From contig JAWMAR010000120.1 of assembly GCA_036785375.1 (NCBI GenBank), positions 5,146,001-5,210,000 on the forward strand: DNA of 64,000 nucleotides, in the 5' to 3' direction. Positions 46,545 to 59,714 of the stretch are shown here, in pieces. The position numbers were made by a program, and so were the translations under genes. The notes beneath the pieces are model-generated. The model was not told the origin of the DNA. It did no database searches and saw only the letters and a program-made list of their open reading frames with translations. Each line of letters starts with the position of its first letter. Position 1 is the first letter of the stretch. The stretch comes from Leucoraja ocellata (Eukaryota).

Positions 46545-48250
46545 CAGGGCAAGGCCAGCAGTTATCATTCATCTCAGATTTTTTGCATTGGTGTTGTCTT
46601 TCTGGTGAAGGCACTCCACAATGCTGTTGGGGATGGGAATTCTAGAGTTTAGCTCCCGTGAGAGTGAAGGAATGCCAATATATTTTTAAGCTGGGATGGA
46701 ACCCTGCAAATGGCATTGATCCCATGTATCTGCTGTCCTTGCCCGATCATGCCCGGGGGTTTGGCAGATCCTGTCAGAATAGCTTGGATGAGTAACTGCT
46801 GTTGATTATGAAAATTCCACTGTGTGCCAGTGGCAGAGAGATGAATGTTTTGGGGTGATGTGTTGGTCCTGGATGGTGCCGAGCCACTCTCATCCAGACA
46901 AGTTGAGAGTATTCCATTATGTTCCTGAATTGAGCCATGAAGATAGAGGGAAGTCTTTTAGGAGTTAGGAGTCACTGGACTGTTTCTTTGATCATCGTTA
47001 CTTTTTTTGCATATCTTGCAGTCATTCATCCCTGCACCAGGACAGCACTACAGAAGTGTGTGCACATTTGTGACAACCATCTTCAAAGGCTCCATTAATG
47101 ATCTCCCTTTCTTCATAAAGTCTGAGTTTCAGCTGTTCACTCGTGATTGCAAAACGATCAAATCCATTCACAACTCATTAATGGATTAAACCGTCTGAGA
47201 CCTGGCCACCATTCAGACATGGTCTGATAAGTGATAAGCAACACTAGGGCATGATTCTATCCATTGGCCTCTTTTCCTTCTGATATTCTTTAACACTATC
47301 TGGGCTCCTTGAGGCAATAGTTGGTTAAGTGCTGCCTTGGTATCTAAGGCAGTCACTCTAACCCACTTCATCTCATCTCATCTCTGGAATTTACTTCAAT
47401 GGTCCATATTTGGTCTGAGCTTGTACTGAGATCTGGAGCTGAGTGGTCACCTCAAAACCCAGACTGTGCATTCATGTTGTTTGTGAATAAGTGCCACTTG
47501 ATAACACTGGGCATCAGCTTCCACCACTGTTCCAATGTCTGAATTGACATGGGCAACACTGGACCGTTTCCTTGATCATCATTACTTTTTTGAATATCTT
47601 TCATTCATTTGCTCTACTGTATATCTCTCGATATCGCTGTATATATCTATTGTTTCCCTTTTCCCTGACCCTCAGACTGAAAAAGGGTCTCAACCCAGAA
47701 CATCACCTATTCCATTTCTCCAGAGATGCTGCCTGACACATTGAGTTACTCCGATTTTGTGAATATTGTGGGCAATAATTAGCTGGATTGTCTCTATCCT
47801 GCTTTTTGTGAACAGGACATAATTCAGATTTTTTCCAGATTGTTGGGTAGATACCAGTGCTGCAACTGTTCTGGAGTAGCATGGTTCTGGAGCGCAGGTC
47901 TTTAGTGCAAGAGCTAAGATGCTGTCTGCTCCCATTGTCTTTGCTGTATCTAGTGTTAACGGTTGTTACTTGACATCACATGGAGTGGAATTGATTGGCT
48001 AAAGATTAGCTTCTCTGATAATGGGGATCTCAAGACAAAGACAAAAAGGACCTTGCATTTGGGTCTACAAGCTGAATACAGTGACAAATAAATCATCCTT
48101 GTCCTTATTTCTTATTTGATTGGCACTACCTATGCTGAGGAAGGAAATGTTCTTGGAGCCCAATCGGCTCATTAGCCATCTAATTGTACGCCCCATTCAC
48201 ATTTAGATGTGGCAAGAATTCAGGTTTAATGTGATCTCCTGGTGGTTTGA
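46545..48250 (-). mobile_element. Ancient LINE remnants with an embedded Penelope-derived fragment (~47545-47760)
   Basis: Resembles 26545-27110; cagactgaaaaagggtctcaaccc...ccagagatgctgcc. Confidence 0.45.
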
Positions 48251-49329
48251 TTGCTAATCAACAAAATATTCAGAAATCTCTATTTTGCATCCAAAAATAA
48301 AAATAGTGGATATATTTCAAAACTTAGTATTTGCTAAGTATCTCAAGAAAAAAAGAAGGCTGGTCATGGTAATTATACAACCAATTAAATATTAAGCAAA
48401 GCCCAATTTTTTTGCACCCTAGCAACTTTACAACTTACATATTTTTAGCACCACTTGGAAATTAATGCTAATGTCACAAGCATTTGTGAAAAAGCCCATC
48501 CAAGTTAACCAAAAATAAGGCAAGTGACAGGGAGTCTCATAAATGTGCACGTTATTAAATAATACAGAAAAAACTGAGTCATGTGGAGTACAAGGCCTAG
48601 AAAGATTAGAAAAGACATTAACTCAAAACATTTCAGGGATAAATTACTTCAGTTACATGGATAAACTGGATTGTTTATTTTCAAACGGAGAATTAAGGAA
48701 GAATTAATGGCTGTGTTCAAAATTAGTAACTAAAGAGAAATACATAAGTCTCCCCCCTCACCTGCACCCACAGCTTACATTGCTTGGAGCTGTGGCTATG
48801 TATGAGGGAAGATGTTTAGTAACTAGAGGACATTGATTACAAATTTTTGAAAAAAATTGAGACAAAGTGCTTTCTCGCTAAGATCTGGAATGGATATAAA
48901 AAAACATAGTAACTGTCAAAAGGGAAGTAGACACAGACTTGTAAAATGAAAATTTGCAAGGTCGTGGAAAGAGAATGGGAGTGGCTCGTATGAGAACAAA
49001 TACAAGCACAATGATCTGAATGGCCTATCTCCTTGCTGCCTGTTGATTTTATGTTGGGGATCATTTTGTGAACCTCACAACCTGTGAAATGGGATTTTAA
49101 ATATTGGCACTTGGGATATTAACTGATTTCCTGATATGTTCCCCTTTCATGGGTTGCCCTTCAATATGAATAGTAAAATAGAAAATTATTTTATGGTGGA
49201 TGTGCTACAATATGTATTCTAGTGATAGCCATAGCTGTCTTGTAATAGATATGTGCCTATTTGAAGAGTATGTAAGCTTGCAGCTTGCAATATAAGAGTG
49301 AAACCAGTTTTAAAATATATATGGAAGAG

Positions 49330-49450
49330 AGACTCAAAATCCTGGAGTAACTCAATGGATTAGGCAGCATCTCCGGAGAAAAGGAATAGGTAATGTTTCG
49401 GGTCGAGATCCTTCTTCAGAACCAGCATCTGCATTTCCTTCATACACATT
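49330..49450 (-). mobile_element. Penelope-derived fragment with hammerhead motif
   Basis: Reverse strand CTGAAGA-a-ggatctcgaccc-GAAA-catt-acct at ~49388-49420. Confidence 0.7.
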
Positions 49451-50111
49451 AAAATATATATCTGTTGGTTAATGGACTCATGTGGTTATTACACTGCAAT
49501 ATCCAGTGTATAGACCACCATGGAATTCTCATATTTTAGGAGAGATAACCTTGCTTCATGAATAGATGTTATTTAATGGAAGCTACAAGATAGGTTCTCT
49601 AATTAGAAGCTGGACAATAGGGAGATAGATTTTGAAAGAAGTAAGCTGCCTGCTATATAGTTGATTAGGTTGCTAATATAAACAGGGATTTAACTCAAGA
49701 AACCAGTTTGAAGCTTAGTTCTACTTTTCCTACAATATAAGCCAATAAGCTGCCTGGATTCCCTGAGGTTGTGGTTCTACTGATGTGCGATGTAGAATGA
49801 AACATTTTCAGATTGTAGCTGGTGCGAGTGAATATCTTAGGTCTTAAAGGGACATTGCCACCCCGGTCTTGATAAGGACGTTTTCAGAATGTTTCAATAC
49901 ATTGAGGCAAGTTAAAAGGAACATGAAATATGTCATATATTTTCTGGCTCCCAAACCAGGATTTATGTACTCAAAAAAATCACGTTCACGGATCCACTGA
50001 ATGTAGGCAGCATTTTAACAGATTCATTGTTAGATATACAACCATTTTTCTTATCTGGTGTTTTTAAATGGTCTAGGTTAAAGTAAAATGGGCACAACAT
50101 GAAGTTGGGCT

Positions 50112-51272
50112 AAGGAACACAAAAATGCTGGAGAAACTCAGTGGGTGCAGCAGCATCTATGGAGCGAAGGAAATAGGCAACATTTCTGGCCAAAACCCTT
50201 CTTCAGACTGATGTGGGGGGGTGGCGGGGAGAAGAAAGGAAAAAGGAGGAGGAGGAGCCCCAGGGCTGAGGGATGGGAGGAGACGGCCCGAGGGCTGAGG
50301 AAAGGGAGGAGACAGCAAGGGCTAACAAAATTGGGAGAATTCAATGTTCATGCCCGCAGGATGCAGACTCCCCAAGCAGAATATGAGGTGCTGTCCTCCA
50401 ATTTCCGGTGTTGCTCGCTCTGGCCATGGAGGAGACCCAGGTCAGAGAGGTTGGATGGGGAATGGGAGGGGGAGTTGAAGTGCTGAGCCACTGGGAGGTC
50501 AGGTTGGTTATTGCGGACCGAGCGGAGGTGTTCGGCAAAGCGATCGCCCAACCTCCGCTTGGTCTCACCGATGTAGATCAGCTGACATCTAGAGCAGCGG
50601 ATGCAATACATGAGGTTGGAGGAGATACAGGTGAACCTCTGTCGCACCTGGAACGACTGCTTGGGTCCTTGAATGGAGTCGAGGGGGGAGGTGAAGGGAC
50701 AAGTGTTGCATCTCTTGCGGTTGCAACGGAAAGTGCCCGGGGAGGGGGTGGTACGGGAGGGAGGGGAAGAATTGACAAGGGAGTTATGGAGATAACAGTC
50801 TTTGCTGAAGGCAGACATGGGGGGAAATGGGAAGATGTGGCGAGTGGTGGGGTCACATTGGAGGTGGCCTCGATTTTCCAGCATCTGCAGTTCCTTCTTA
50901 GACACTTTGTCTACTCCACTGCAAAATCTCCTCAAGGTATGCCTACTTTGAAGAAGTTCTCCTCCTCTCTCCGGAGACAGTTTCACAACCTCCTCTCTAA
51001 CTGCCCCCCCTCTGTGATCCCCCTGCCCTCCAACTCTACGAGCCCTTGCTGTCTCCTCCCCTTCCTCAGCCCTCGGGCTGTCTCCTCCCATCCCTCAGCA
51101 CTCCTCCTCCTTTTTCCTTTCTTCTCCCCGCCACCCCCCATCAGTCTGAAGAAGGGTTTTGGCCCGAAACGTTGCATATTTCCTTTGCTCTATTGATGCC
51201 GCTGCACCCGCTGAGTTTCTCCAGCATTTTTGTGTACCTTCAATTTCCTGGCATCTGCAGTTCCTTCTTAAA
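50112..51272 (-). mobile_element. Penelope-like element: GIY-YIG endonuclease end with inverted pseudo-LTRs
   Basis: ORF 50348-51091: CNRKRCNTC...FTCISSNLMYCIRCSRCQLIYIGETKRRLGDRFAEHLRS...PVAQHFN. pLTR at 50112-50330 (-) is mirrored at ~51040-51272 (+); each carries CTGAAGA...GAAA. Confidence 0.92.
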
Positions 51273-51354
51273 CATTAGACAATACATGCTTTGAATGAAT
51301 TATTTTTGTCAGACAAAGTATTTCTCGTGAAAGTTAGAAATGCAGAAAAGTGTC

Positions 51355-51640
51355 GCACCCTTGGAGTTGCTGCCGAACAGCCGCATAGACCCCGGTCAAT
51401 CCTGACTCTGGGTGCTGTCTGTACAGAGTTTGTATGTTCTCCCTGTGACTAGTTTTCTCTGGGTGCTCCAATATCCCCCCACACTCCAAAGACATACAGG
51501 TTTGTAGGTCAATTGACCTCTGTAAATGGTGAATTGTTCCTTGTGTGTAGGATAATGTTAGTTTATGGGCAATCACTGTTTGGGGCAGACGGTGGGCCAA
51601 AGTGCCTATTTAGATGCTGTATCTATACAGTCTAAAATCT
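51355..51640 (+). mobile_element. tRNA-derived SINE
   Basis: gggtgctgtctgtacagagtttgtatgttctccc core and tail. Confidence 0.75.
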
Positions 51641-53491
51641 AAAGTTAGTCTTACAGGCTGCTGATATGACCTTGCAGGAAACAACCTCCTAATTGTTCTG
51701 GGCATCAGAGAGAACACTAAGGCTGCAAACCATCTGGCTACTCTTTTTCCATCTCATGTTGCTTTCTTCTTTGAGTATTTACGGGAATTAGATAAGTGAC
51801 AGAAACTGCCTGGCCATTTGTATCTGGTATGCCTGGCCATTTGCATAGCTGGAACTGTGCAAAATTTCCAGAAGCACGCATGGGACATGAATAAGCAACT
51901 TCTATTTCACAAGCTACTTAAAATCAGAGAACAGAATTTCACTGCATGAAGTACCATGAACAAGCCTGTTACGTGTGAAAGGCAAGAGTATGCAATAGTA
52001 GTTGATGGTCACCTTCAAGGGGCAACGAAGAATGAGAGGAGATTTAATTAATGTGTACAAGGTTATGACTGGTTTAGACAGGCTAAATAGAAAATTGTAT
52101 TTTCCCTCTATCAGGGGTTCACATTCAGAGCACATATTTTTGAGATGAAGGGCAAAATGTAAGATTGGATTTGACGAAATATCCTTTTTTTTTTACCCAG
52201 AGGAGTGATGATGTGGAACTGTCTTCCTGTAAAAATGATGGGAAGAACAGGGAATTGGAAAGGGACCAGAGAGAAAATAATTTACGGGACTATGGGAAAT
52301 GACTGGCGAACAAATGAAAATGTTTGCTGAAAAGGTCGCTGGTATAGACAGGTTGTGCCGAATGGCACAAAATGCTGGAATAACTCAGTGGATCAGGCAG
52401 CATTCCAGGAGACATACTGTAGATAGGTGACATTGTGCTGAATGTCTTCTTTCGATTAAGCATGTAGTGTATAATTCTATGCATTTCTACAATTTATGGC
52501 CAATGTGTCCAATTTGCTTTTGAGATAAAGGCATATCTTAAATCTTTGAGTAAACTGTTGTTTTTCGGATCAATGCCAAAAGACAAACTGGACATAATTT
52601 TTGGTCATTTAGATGAGTTTTAAACCAAAGAAACAGTGCTTACACACTGCTGAAAAGTCTTCATTGAACTAAGAGAATTTTTAACTCCACTCATTTAGAA
52701 GCAGATTTTTACATTATTTGGGAATTGTTCACACATTTTGACCATTGAAGTAACTTGGCTTCATGTGGACACTTTTCTTCAATTAAAGTTTTGCATAACT
52801 ACTCATCAAAGCAATGGGCTGCCGTCCATAAAGCAGAAAGCAATAGGTTTGTTCAGTACCCTGGTGATCTTGAAATGTAAGCCCATTGACCTGCATAAAG
52901 GTGTCGCCCAAGCCATTGTGCCCAGACCTAACATCCATCTCGTAAGATACATGCTGAAAGAGAATCCATTCAATATACCTGTGTGAATATTGTCAAGCTT
53001 CAAAATTTAGTTTGTCTTCCACACGCCAACTAACTCACTAGGAAAACTCTCCAAAGATAAGATGCGCAAAAATCCAGAGTCACTAATCATTGGTTCTCTT
53101 CTCTGTTCCTTTTGCATTGTCCATGTGTATGGGAGAACAGGCCATATAGTCTAAAACCCTGTTAGATAAAAAACAGAAAATAAATAATTTGCAGAGTTTT
53201 GGGCAGAGAATGAAGGAAGTGGTCTAGGTCTAGTAGGGACCTGACAGGTTGAATAACATTCTTTGCTGTAACCTGTCCATGAGACTGTGATTCTGTAAAA
53301 GTGCAGGTCCATAGTGCTGGTGGTTAAAACATTAACCCTGGAGGCTGTTTAGTACTTGATGAAGTTTAAATCTTTGATTCCAGGTGGCTGAACATGGCTC
53401 CAACAAGTGTTGAGCACTGGCTGGTAGATGGCGGTGAGGCCTTGTGGAGCCAGGAAGTGAATCATTACACAGTTTTCAGATTGGGTTATCA

Positions 53492-55359
53492 TCCATATTA
53501 CTAAAAATCTGATCTTGACCACTTCCTGTTGTTCTGTATATTGATTTTAGAAAAAAACGCTGCCACTTACGGCTGTGATTTTTGTCCATCTTACTCAGAG
53601 TCCCCCTTTGCTGTGCAGGAAAAGTGGATTTTTCCCATCAATTAAAAATAAAAGAGTTATTAGTGTTTAAAAAATGTTGAGATTCTTTCTCCTGAAGGCC
53701 ACACCCCTTCCGGAGGGACATAAAAACCCGGAAGTGTTGAGTGCCTCAGTCAGTCTCTGCAAGATGGGGGAAGCGAAAGGGTCACGCCTCTCAGTCTGAG
53801 CTGTGAATAACACTGAACACATGTCTACTAAACTGTGAGTGTGGCTTCACTGACCTTGTGTTCCCCTAATGTGGTTTGAAAATGAAAATGTGATTGCTTT
53901 GAAATAAAGCTCAGCAAATGGTTGTTGGTGGTGGTGGTTGCTTTGAAATAAAGCTCAGCAAATGGCCATTGGTGCTGGTGGTGGTTGCTTTGAAATAAAG
54001 CTCAGAAAATGATGTCTAAACTTGACATCTTCCTGTTTGCACTGTATATTGATGTTAGATAAAATGCTATCACTTACGGCTGTGATTTTTGGCCATCTTA
54101 CTCAGTCCCCCACTGCTCATCAGCTGCAGAGGATTCTTCCCATCAATTAAAAATAAAAGTGTTATTAGTGTTTAAAACATGCTGAGAACCTCTCTCCTGT
54201 CTATCCATGAAGGCCACGCCCCTACTGGTGGGAGGGGGGAGGAATTATAAAACCCAGAAGTGTGGGTGTGGCTCAGTCTCTGCAAGATGGGGGAGGGAGA
54301 GGCCATGACTCTGTCTGAGCTCTGAATCAACTGAACACACTGAATGTCTATTGACCTGTGAGTGTGGTGTTTATGTTGTGTTTTGAGTGGTTTTATGGCG
54401 GTTTTATGGTGGTTTCACCCTGCTTGAAGTGGCATGAAACTGCATTGGAATTTGGCAGGCTTGCACCCTGCTTGAAGTGGCATGAAACTGCACTTGAATT
54501 TGGTGGCCTCGCACCCTGCTTGAAATGGCATGAAACTGCACTTGGATTTGGTGGCCTCGCACCCTGCTTGAAGTGGTATGACACGGCATTTGAATTTGGT
54601 GGCCTTGCACCCCTCTTGAAATGGTATGAAACTGCATTTGAATTTGGTGGCCTTGCCCCTGTTTGAAATGGTATCAAACTGCATTTGAATTTGGTGGCCT
54701 TGCACCTTGCTTGAAATGGTATGAAACTCCACTTGAGTTTGGTGGCCTTGCACCCTGCTTGAAATGGTATGAAACTCCACTTGAGTTTGTTGGCCTTGCA
54801 CCCTGCTTGACGTGGCATGCAACTGCACTTGCTTGAAGTGCAATGAAACTGCACTTGAATTTGGTGGCCTTGCACCTTGCTTAAAGTGGTATGAAAGTGC
54901 ACTTGAATTTAGTGGCCTTGCACACTGCTTGAAATGGGTAGGAAACTGCACTTGAATTTGGTGGCCTTGCACCTGCTTGAAATGGGTAGGAAACTGCACT
55001 TGAATTTGGTGGCCTTGCACCTGCTTGAAATGGGTAGGAAACTGCATTTGAATTTGGTGGCCTTGCACCCGGCTTGAAATTAAATTTCAAGGAATAGCTG
55101 TGAGTCAACTGCCAGCCCACCAACCGTGAGTGAGTGAGCTGCCAGCACACCAGGCTTGAATGATTGAGCTCCCAGCCCAAGAATCCATTCATCCCACAAT
55201 GACCATACTAGCCCTCTGGAAACCAATCCCTTCAGCCCACAACACCCATACTAGCATTCCAGAAAGCGCCCCCCCCCCCCCCCCCCCCCCTCCCCCCCCC
55301 CCCCTACTGGCCACCACTGACGAGCCCTCCAGTGTGAACATGGGACCCACTTATTCTAG
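53492..55359 (+). mobile_element. Non-autonomous Helitron with internal duplication and 48-bp array
   Basis: A|TCCATATTACTAAAA...cccacttattCTAG|T; diverged duplicate units at 53520-53880 and 54025-54365. Confidence 0.8.
54414..55080. repeat. 48-bp minisatellite, ~14 copies
   Basis: Unit gcaccctgcttgaaatggtatgaaactgcacttgaatttggtggcctt, e.g. at 54511 and 54559. Confidence 0.95.
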
Positions 55360-55424
55360 TAAAGCTATAAAAGGAAATATGGTGCATCTCCAATGACTCT
55401 TACTAACTTTTTTTTTTGTTGTTC

Positions 55425-55830
55425 AGTTTAGTCGAGTTCAGTTTATTGTCACATGTACCGATGTAGAGTGAAACGCTTTTGTCGTGTGCTAACCAATCAA
55501 TGGAAAGACAATACATGATGACAATGAGCCATCCACAGTGTGCAAATACATGATAAAGGGAATCATGTGAATAATATTTTGTGCAAGATAAAATCCAGTA
55601 AAATCCAATCAAAGATAGTCTGAGGATATCAAATGAGGTAGATCGTAGCTCAGGACTGCTCTCTAGTCCTTGGTAGGATGGTTCAGTTACCTGAGAACAG
55701 CTGGGAAGAATCTGGACGTGGGAGTTTTCACACTTAAATGCCTCTTGCCTGACATGAGAGGGAATAAGAAGAAATGGCCAGGGTGCAACGTCCTTGATTA
55801 TGTTGGTGGCTTTGTCAAGGCAGAGTGAGG
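55425..55830 (-). mobile_element. Rex-Babar-like 3' remnant
   Basis: tttattgtcacatgtaccgatgtagagtgaa tail; reverse strand KATNIIKD. Confidence 0.65.
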
Positions 55831-56024
55831 TGTAAATTTGCACTCTCTTATTTTTTTCTTTACACTACCTGTTGTACTTGTGAATGGCTATGAAAATACC
55901 ATGTCCTGTTAATTAATTTAAACAAAAAATGTAAACCTTATCATAGAGTCATAAACTAGTCAATGCTGACAACCTACCAGTCATTTACATGAATCCTACA
56001 TTAATCTCATTTTTACAGTATTTC

Positions 56025-56320
56025 AGTTTAGAGAGATATAACATGAAAACAGGCCCATGATTTCCACACCAACCATCAATCACTCGTTCACTCTAGTTCT
56101 GTGTTAATCTACTTTTACATCCACTCCCTACACACCAGGGGCAATTTTACAACCCACAGACCCACACATCTTTAGGATGTGGAAAGAATCCAAAACATCC
56201 AGAAAAAACACTAGGTCATTTTAAGAATGTGCAAACTTCACACAGACTGACCAAGGTCAGGATTGATCCCAGACCTCTGGTGCTGTGAGGCAGTAGCTTT
56301 ACTACCTATGCCACTGTGCT
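56025..56320 (-). mobile_element. Old tRNA-derived SINE
   Basis: Diverged member of the same SINE family. Confidence 0.65.
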
Positions 56321-56989
56321 ACAGTGCATTCTTTTGACTTGCTTATTGATACGCATTTCCTCAATAATCTGGCTGGATTTTGTCCCACTGTTCAGACCTT
56401 CATTGTAATGATCAGTCAGAAAAGGATTGCAATCCTATTGAATTCTCAACTAATTCTCTAAGGTCCTTCAAAATAATAATTCTCTTCAATAAGAGCTTGC
56501 CGCAGGTTAAATTCATAGAAGGCAAACAAACCAAGCTTGACAGGGATTTAGATATACTGTAACATTAACCAATAACAAACAATATTATTTCAGAAAACTA
56601 ATTTTGTCTGCTTCCTTCCAACTCTCAGGATATAATGCAATATAGCAAGGGAAGTGGGTCGTTTTTTCTTAAAGCCTTCAATATCAGGTAGTTCATTGTT
56701 TATGAAAGAGTAGTTACTCTCTTTTGCCCTGATAAGGAAAGGCAGAAGACTTCTACTTAACTGCAGTCATCCTTGTAGGTTGGGGCCTAACTCCACATTA
56801 TCAAGGCTGAGAAGGATATGTGTTAATTTATGGCCGTCATCTAGTTATTTATCATTCCAATCTGGTAATTGGCAAAAGGAAATGCAAATGGCTATCGCCT
56901 TCATAGAAAAATCTCCCTCTGAAAAAGAAGATAGAAGATGGTTATTGTTCAAAGCAAATCTGCATGTCCTACTATATATTAGGTCAAGA

Positions 56990-57305
56990 GCAGCAAGGTG
57001 GCGCAGCTGGTAGCGCTGTTGTCTCACAGTGCCAGAGATCCCTTCCATCCTGATCTCAGGTGCGATCTGTGTCGGATTTGCACATTCTCCCTGCGATTAC
57101 ATGGATTTCCTTGGGGTGTTCCAGTTTCCTGCCACATCTCAAAGATGTGCAGATTTATAGGTTAATTGGCCTTTATAAAATTGCCCTACATGAGCAAAGC
57201 GTGGGTGCAAAAGCCAGATAACAGAACTGGTATGAATGGGTGATCGATGGTCGGCGTGGACTTGGTGAGCCATAGAGCCTGTTTCCATGCTGTATCTTGC
57301 AATCA
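56990..57305 (+). mobile_element. tRNA-derived SINE
   Basis: gtggcgcagctgg A-box, core, tail gcctgtttccatgctgtatc. Confidence 0.75.
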
Positions 57306-58894
57306 AACATTCAAGGAAAACTTCAAAGCCCTTCTCAATCATCTTTCTGTACTCTATACAAATGCTCTGGACTATACCTCACAATAGCTTATTCAGGCCA
57401 GTGTTGTCCTCACTCCTGACTGACAAGAACTCAAGAAGGCCCTGTAACAAATAAAAATTACAAAATCATGTGAGCACAAATTTTCTGCAAAGGTTCTAAA
57501 AATCAGCATTGAAGGACATCAGTTGCAAATCTGTTAGTGTTGCACATTTCTTGGAAGATGAGAATATTCCATGTGGCCTCAAGAGAAGTTATAATTATGA
57601 CCATTCTTTCAAAAATGTAGATCGGAATATGCAATAATTATAGATCTCTGTGCTGTCTGCTACATGGGAAGCCATCTCCAGTCTCGATCACTACTTTCCA
57701 GTGGCAGAAGAATTGCTCCCTGAATCACGGTATGGATTCTATCTCTCTTGAGACAGAATGGTCATGATGTTCTTGCCCTTGACTTCTGTAATTGAGAGGG
57801 ACTGTGCAATGCCCTGCTCAAATTTAGCTGCTCACAGAAAATCATCTCTGAAAAGAAAATAACATAATTAAAAACAAAAGAGAAACATCTTGCCACGGCA
57901 GATAAAGGAACACATATCTCTCTCTTTAAGTGAAATAAAAACAAACAATTGCTGGAAACATTCAGCAGCTCAGGCAACTTTGGTGGAGAGAGAAAAAGTG
58001 ATCCTTTGTGAAAAATGTTCTTGGTCTTTGATTATTAATGTTCAAAGATGTTCTATTTCCACAGATGCTGCCTGACCAGCTGAGTGTTTGTCAAAGTTTC
58101 TGTTTTTATTTCAAAATTCCAGCATCTGCAGTTATATATTTTTTATTTTATGAAATATTTTTAAAGCTTAACTTGCTGACTATCCTCCAAGATCTTACAG
58201 TGAAGGGCATTGATATATGATGCGAGACGTGTTGGTTTACAAAGCTGTAACATATAGACTCATACCAGAAAATTAAGATAACATGTGCAATATCCACAGA
58301 GAGCACTAAACTAAACTGAACTAACCTAAACTAAACTAAACTAGACAGCTACTTTCATGATTCAAGTGAAATGCTATATCATCAAATAAAATAAGCTGCT
58401 GAACACCTTTGGCTCAAGTAACCTGGTTAAAGAATGGAGACAGTGGAAAGGAAATGTTATACATTGAACTAACTTTGCAGGATAACCCAGATCAAGATAA
58501 AGGTGGTCCTATATTTTACCAAACTATTCTTCAGCCCAAAATGAAACTCACATGCAGTATAAGCACCAGCAAAACACAAAGTGCTGGAATTACTCAGTCG
58601 GTCGGAAGCAACTGTGGATGGAATAGATAGGCAAAGTTTCAGTTTGGGTATTTTTACAAAGTGGAGAAAAGTCCCAATCTAAAACAATGCTTATCCGTTC
58701 CCTCCACAGATGTTACCTGATCCATTGAGTTACACAAACAGCACTGTGTTTAACTCAACATACATCTGCAGTTCCTTGTGACTCCAGTATATGCACTAAC
58801 TCACTGCAAGCATCCTGCTTTCCACCTAACAAAGAAACAATCTACACAATTTTTGTGTAATCAAGAGCAGAGAGAATCTTTTGGTATTTTCTAA

Positions 58895-59165
58895 TGTGGC
58901 ACAGTGGTCTGGTAGTAGAGTTGCAGCCTTGCAGCGCCAGAGGCTCGGGTTCGATCCTGACTATGGGTGTGTACATTCTCCTTGTGACCATTTGGGTTTT
59001 CTCTGAGTGCTCTAGTTCCTTCCCACACTCTAAAGCCGCACAGGTTTGTAGGTTAATTGGCTTTGGTAAAATTATAAATTGTCCCCAGTGTGTAGGATAG
59101 TGCTGGTGTGTGGGGATTGCTGGTCGGTGTGGACTCGTGTGGATTGAAGGGCCTGTTTCGGCGGA
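58895..59165 (+). mobile_element. tRNA-derived SINE
   Basis: gggttcgatcc B-box, core, tail gaagggcctgttt. Confidence 0.75.
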
Positions 59166-59714
59166 AATCAGGTCTAAAGCTATTAGCAGATAACTGCAGT
59201 TTTACATATTTGAAGGACGTTCATCAGAGGTTAGATTATTTGTGGTGCCTGAAATTCTAGCCTGAAGGAATGGATACCAATTGATTCAGCTAACTCCAAA
59301 GTGCGTATGTTCGTGCAAAGCTGTGAACCTCTCCGATGCCAGGCTATAAGTGATGGGTGGCCAACAGAAGGAAATACAGGGAAAGCATAGGTAGCTCAGC
59401 AGTTGGGAAATAAATGTTCTGTGTGTGGGAAAATGGGTGTAGATTGTGGATAGGCATTGATTAAGAGGACTTGGCAATCCATGGAGTGGTTGAGATGGTC
59501 CATGCAGGAGTAGATTCAGAGTCCCAGTTCAACACAGTAATACCAGACAATATTTATTCTGTGGAAGGGAATATCTACCAGAAATATCAATGCAAAAGGT
59601 AACCATTGACATTTCAGCTTGATTCGAGAACAACATGTAATATTGGCCCAAATCAGGCTGGGAACAATACATTTAAAACAGGGAATTCATGTGCTATCAA
59701 CGCATATGACACTA

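Noticed and set aside
50408-51196. 262-aa plus-strand ORF
   Set aside because: Mostly antisense to the Penelope GIY-YIG region plus low-complexity pLTR sequence.
54358-55192. Repetitive ORFs, or a CRISPR-like array
   Set aside because: 48-bp tandem minisatellite with no unique spacers and no cas genes; eukaryotic context.
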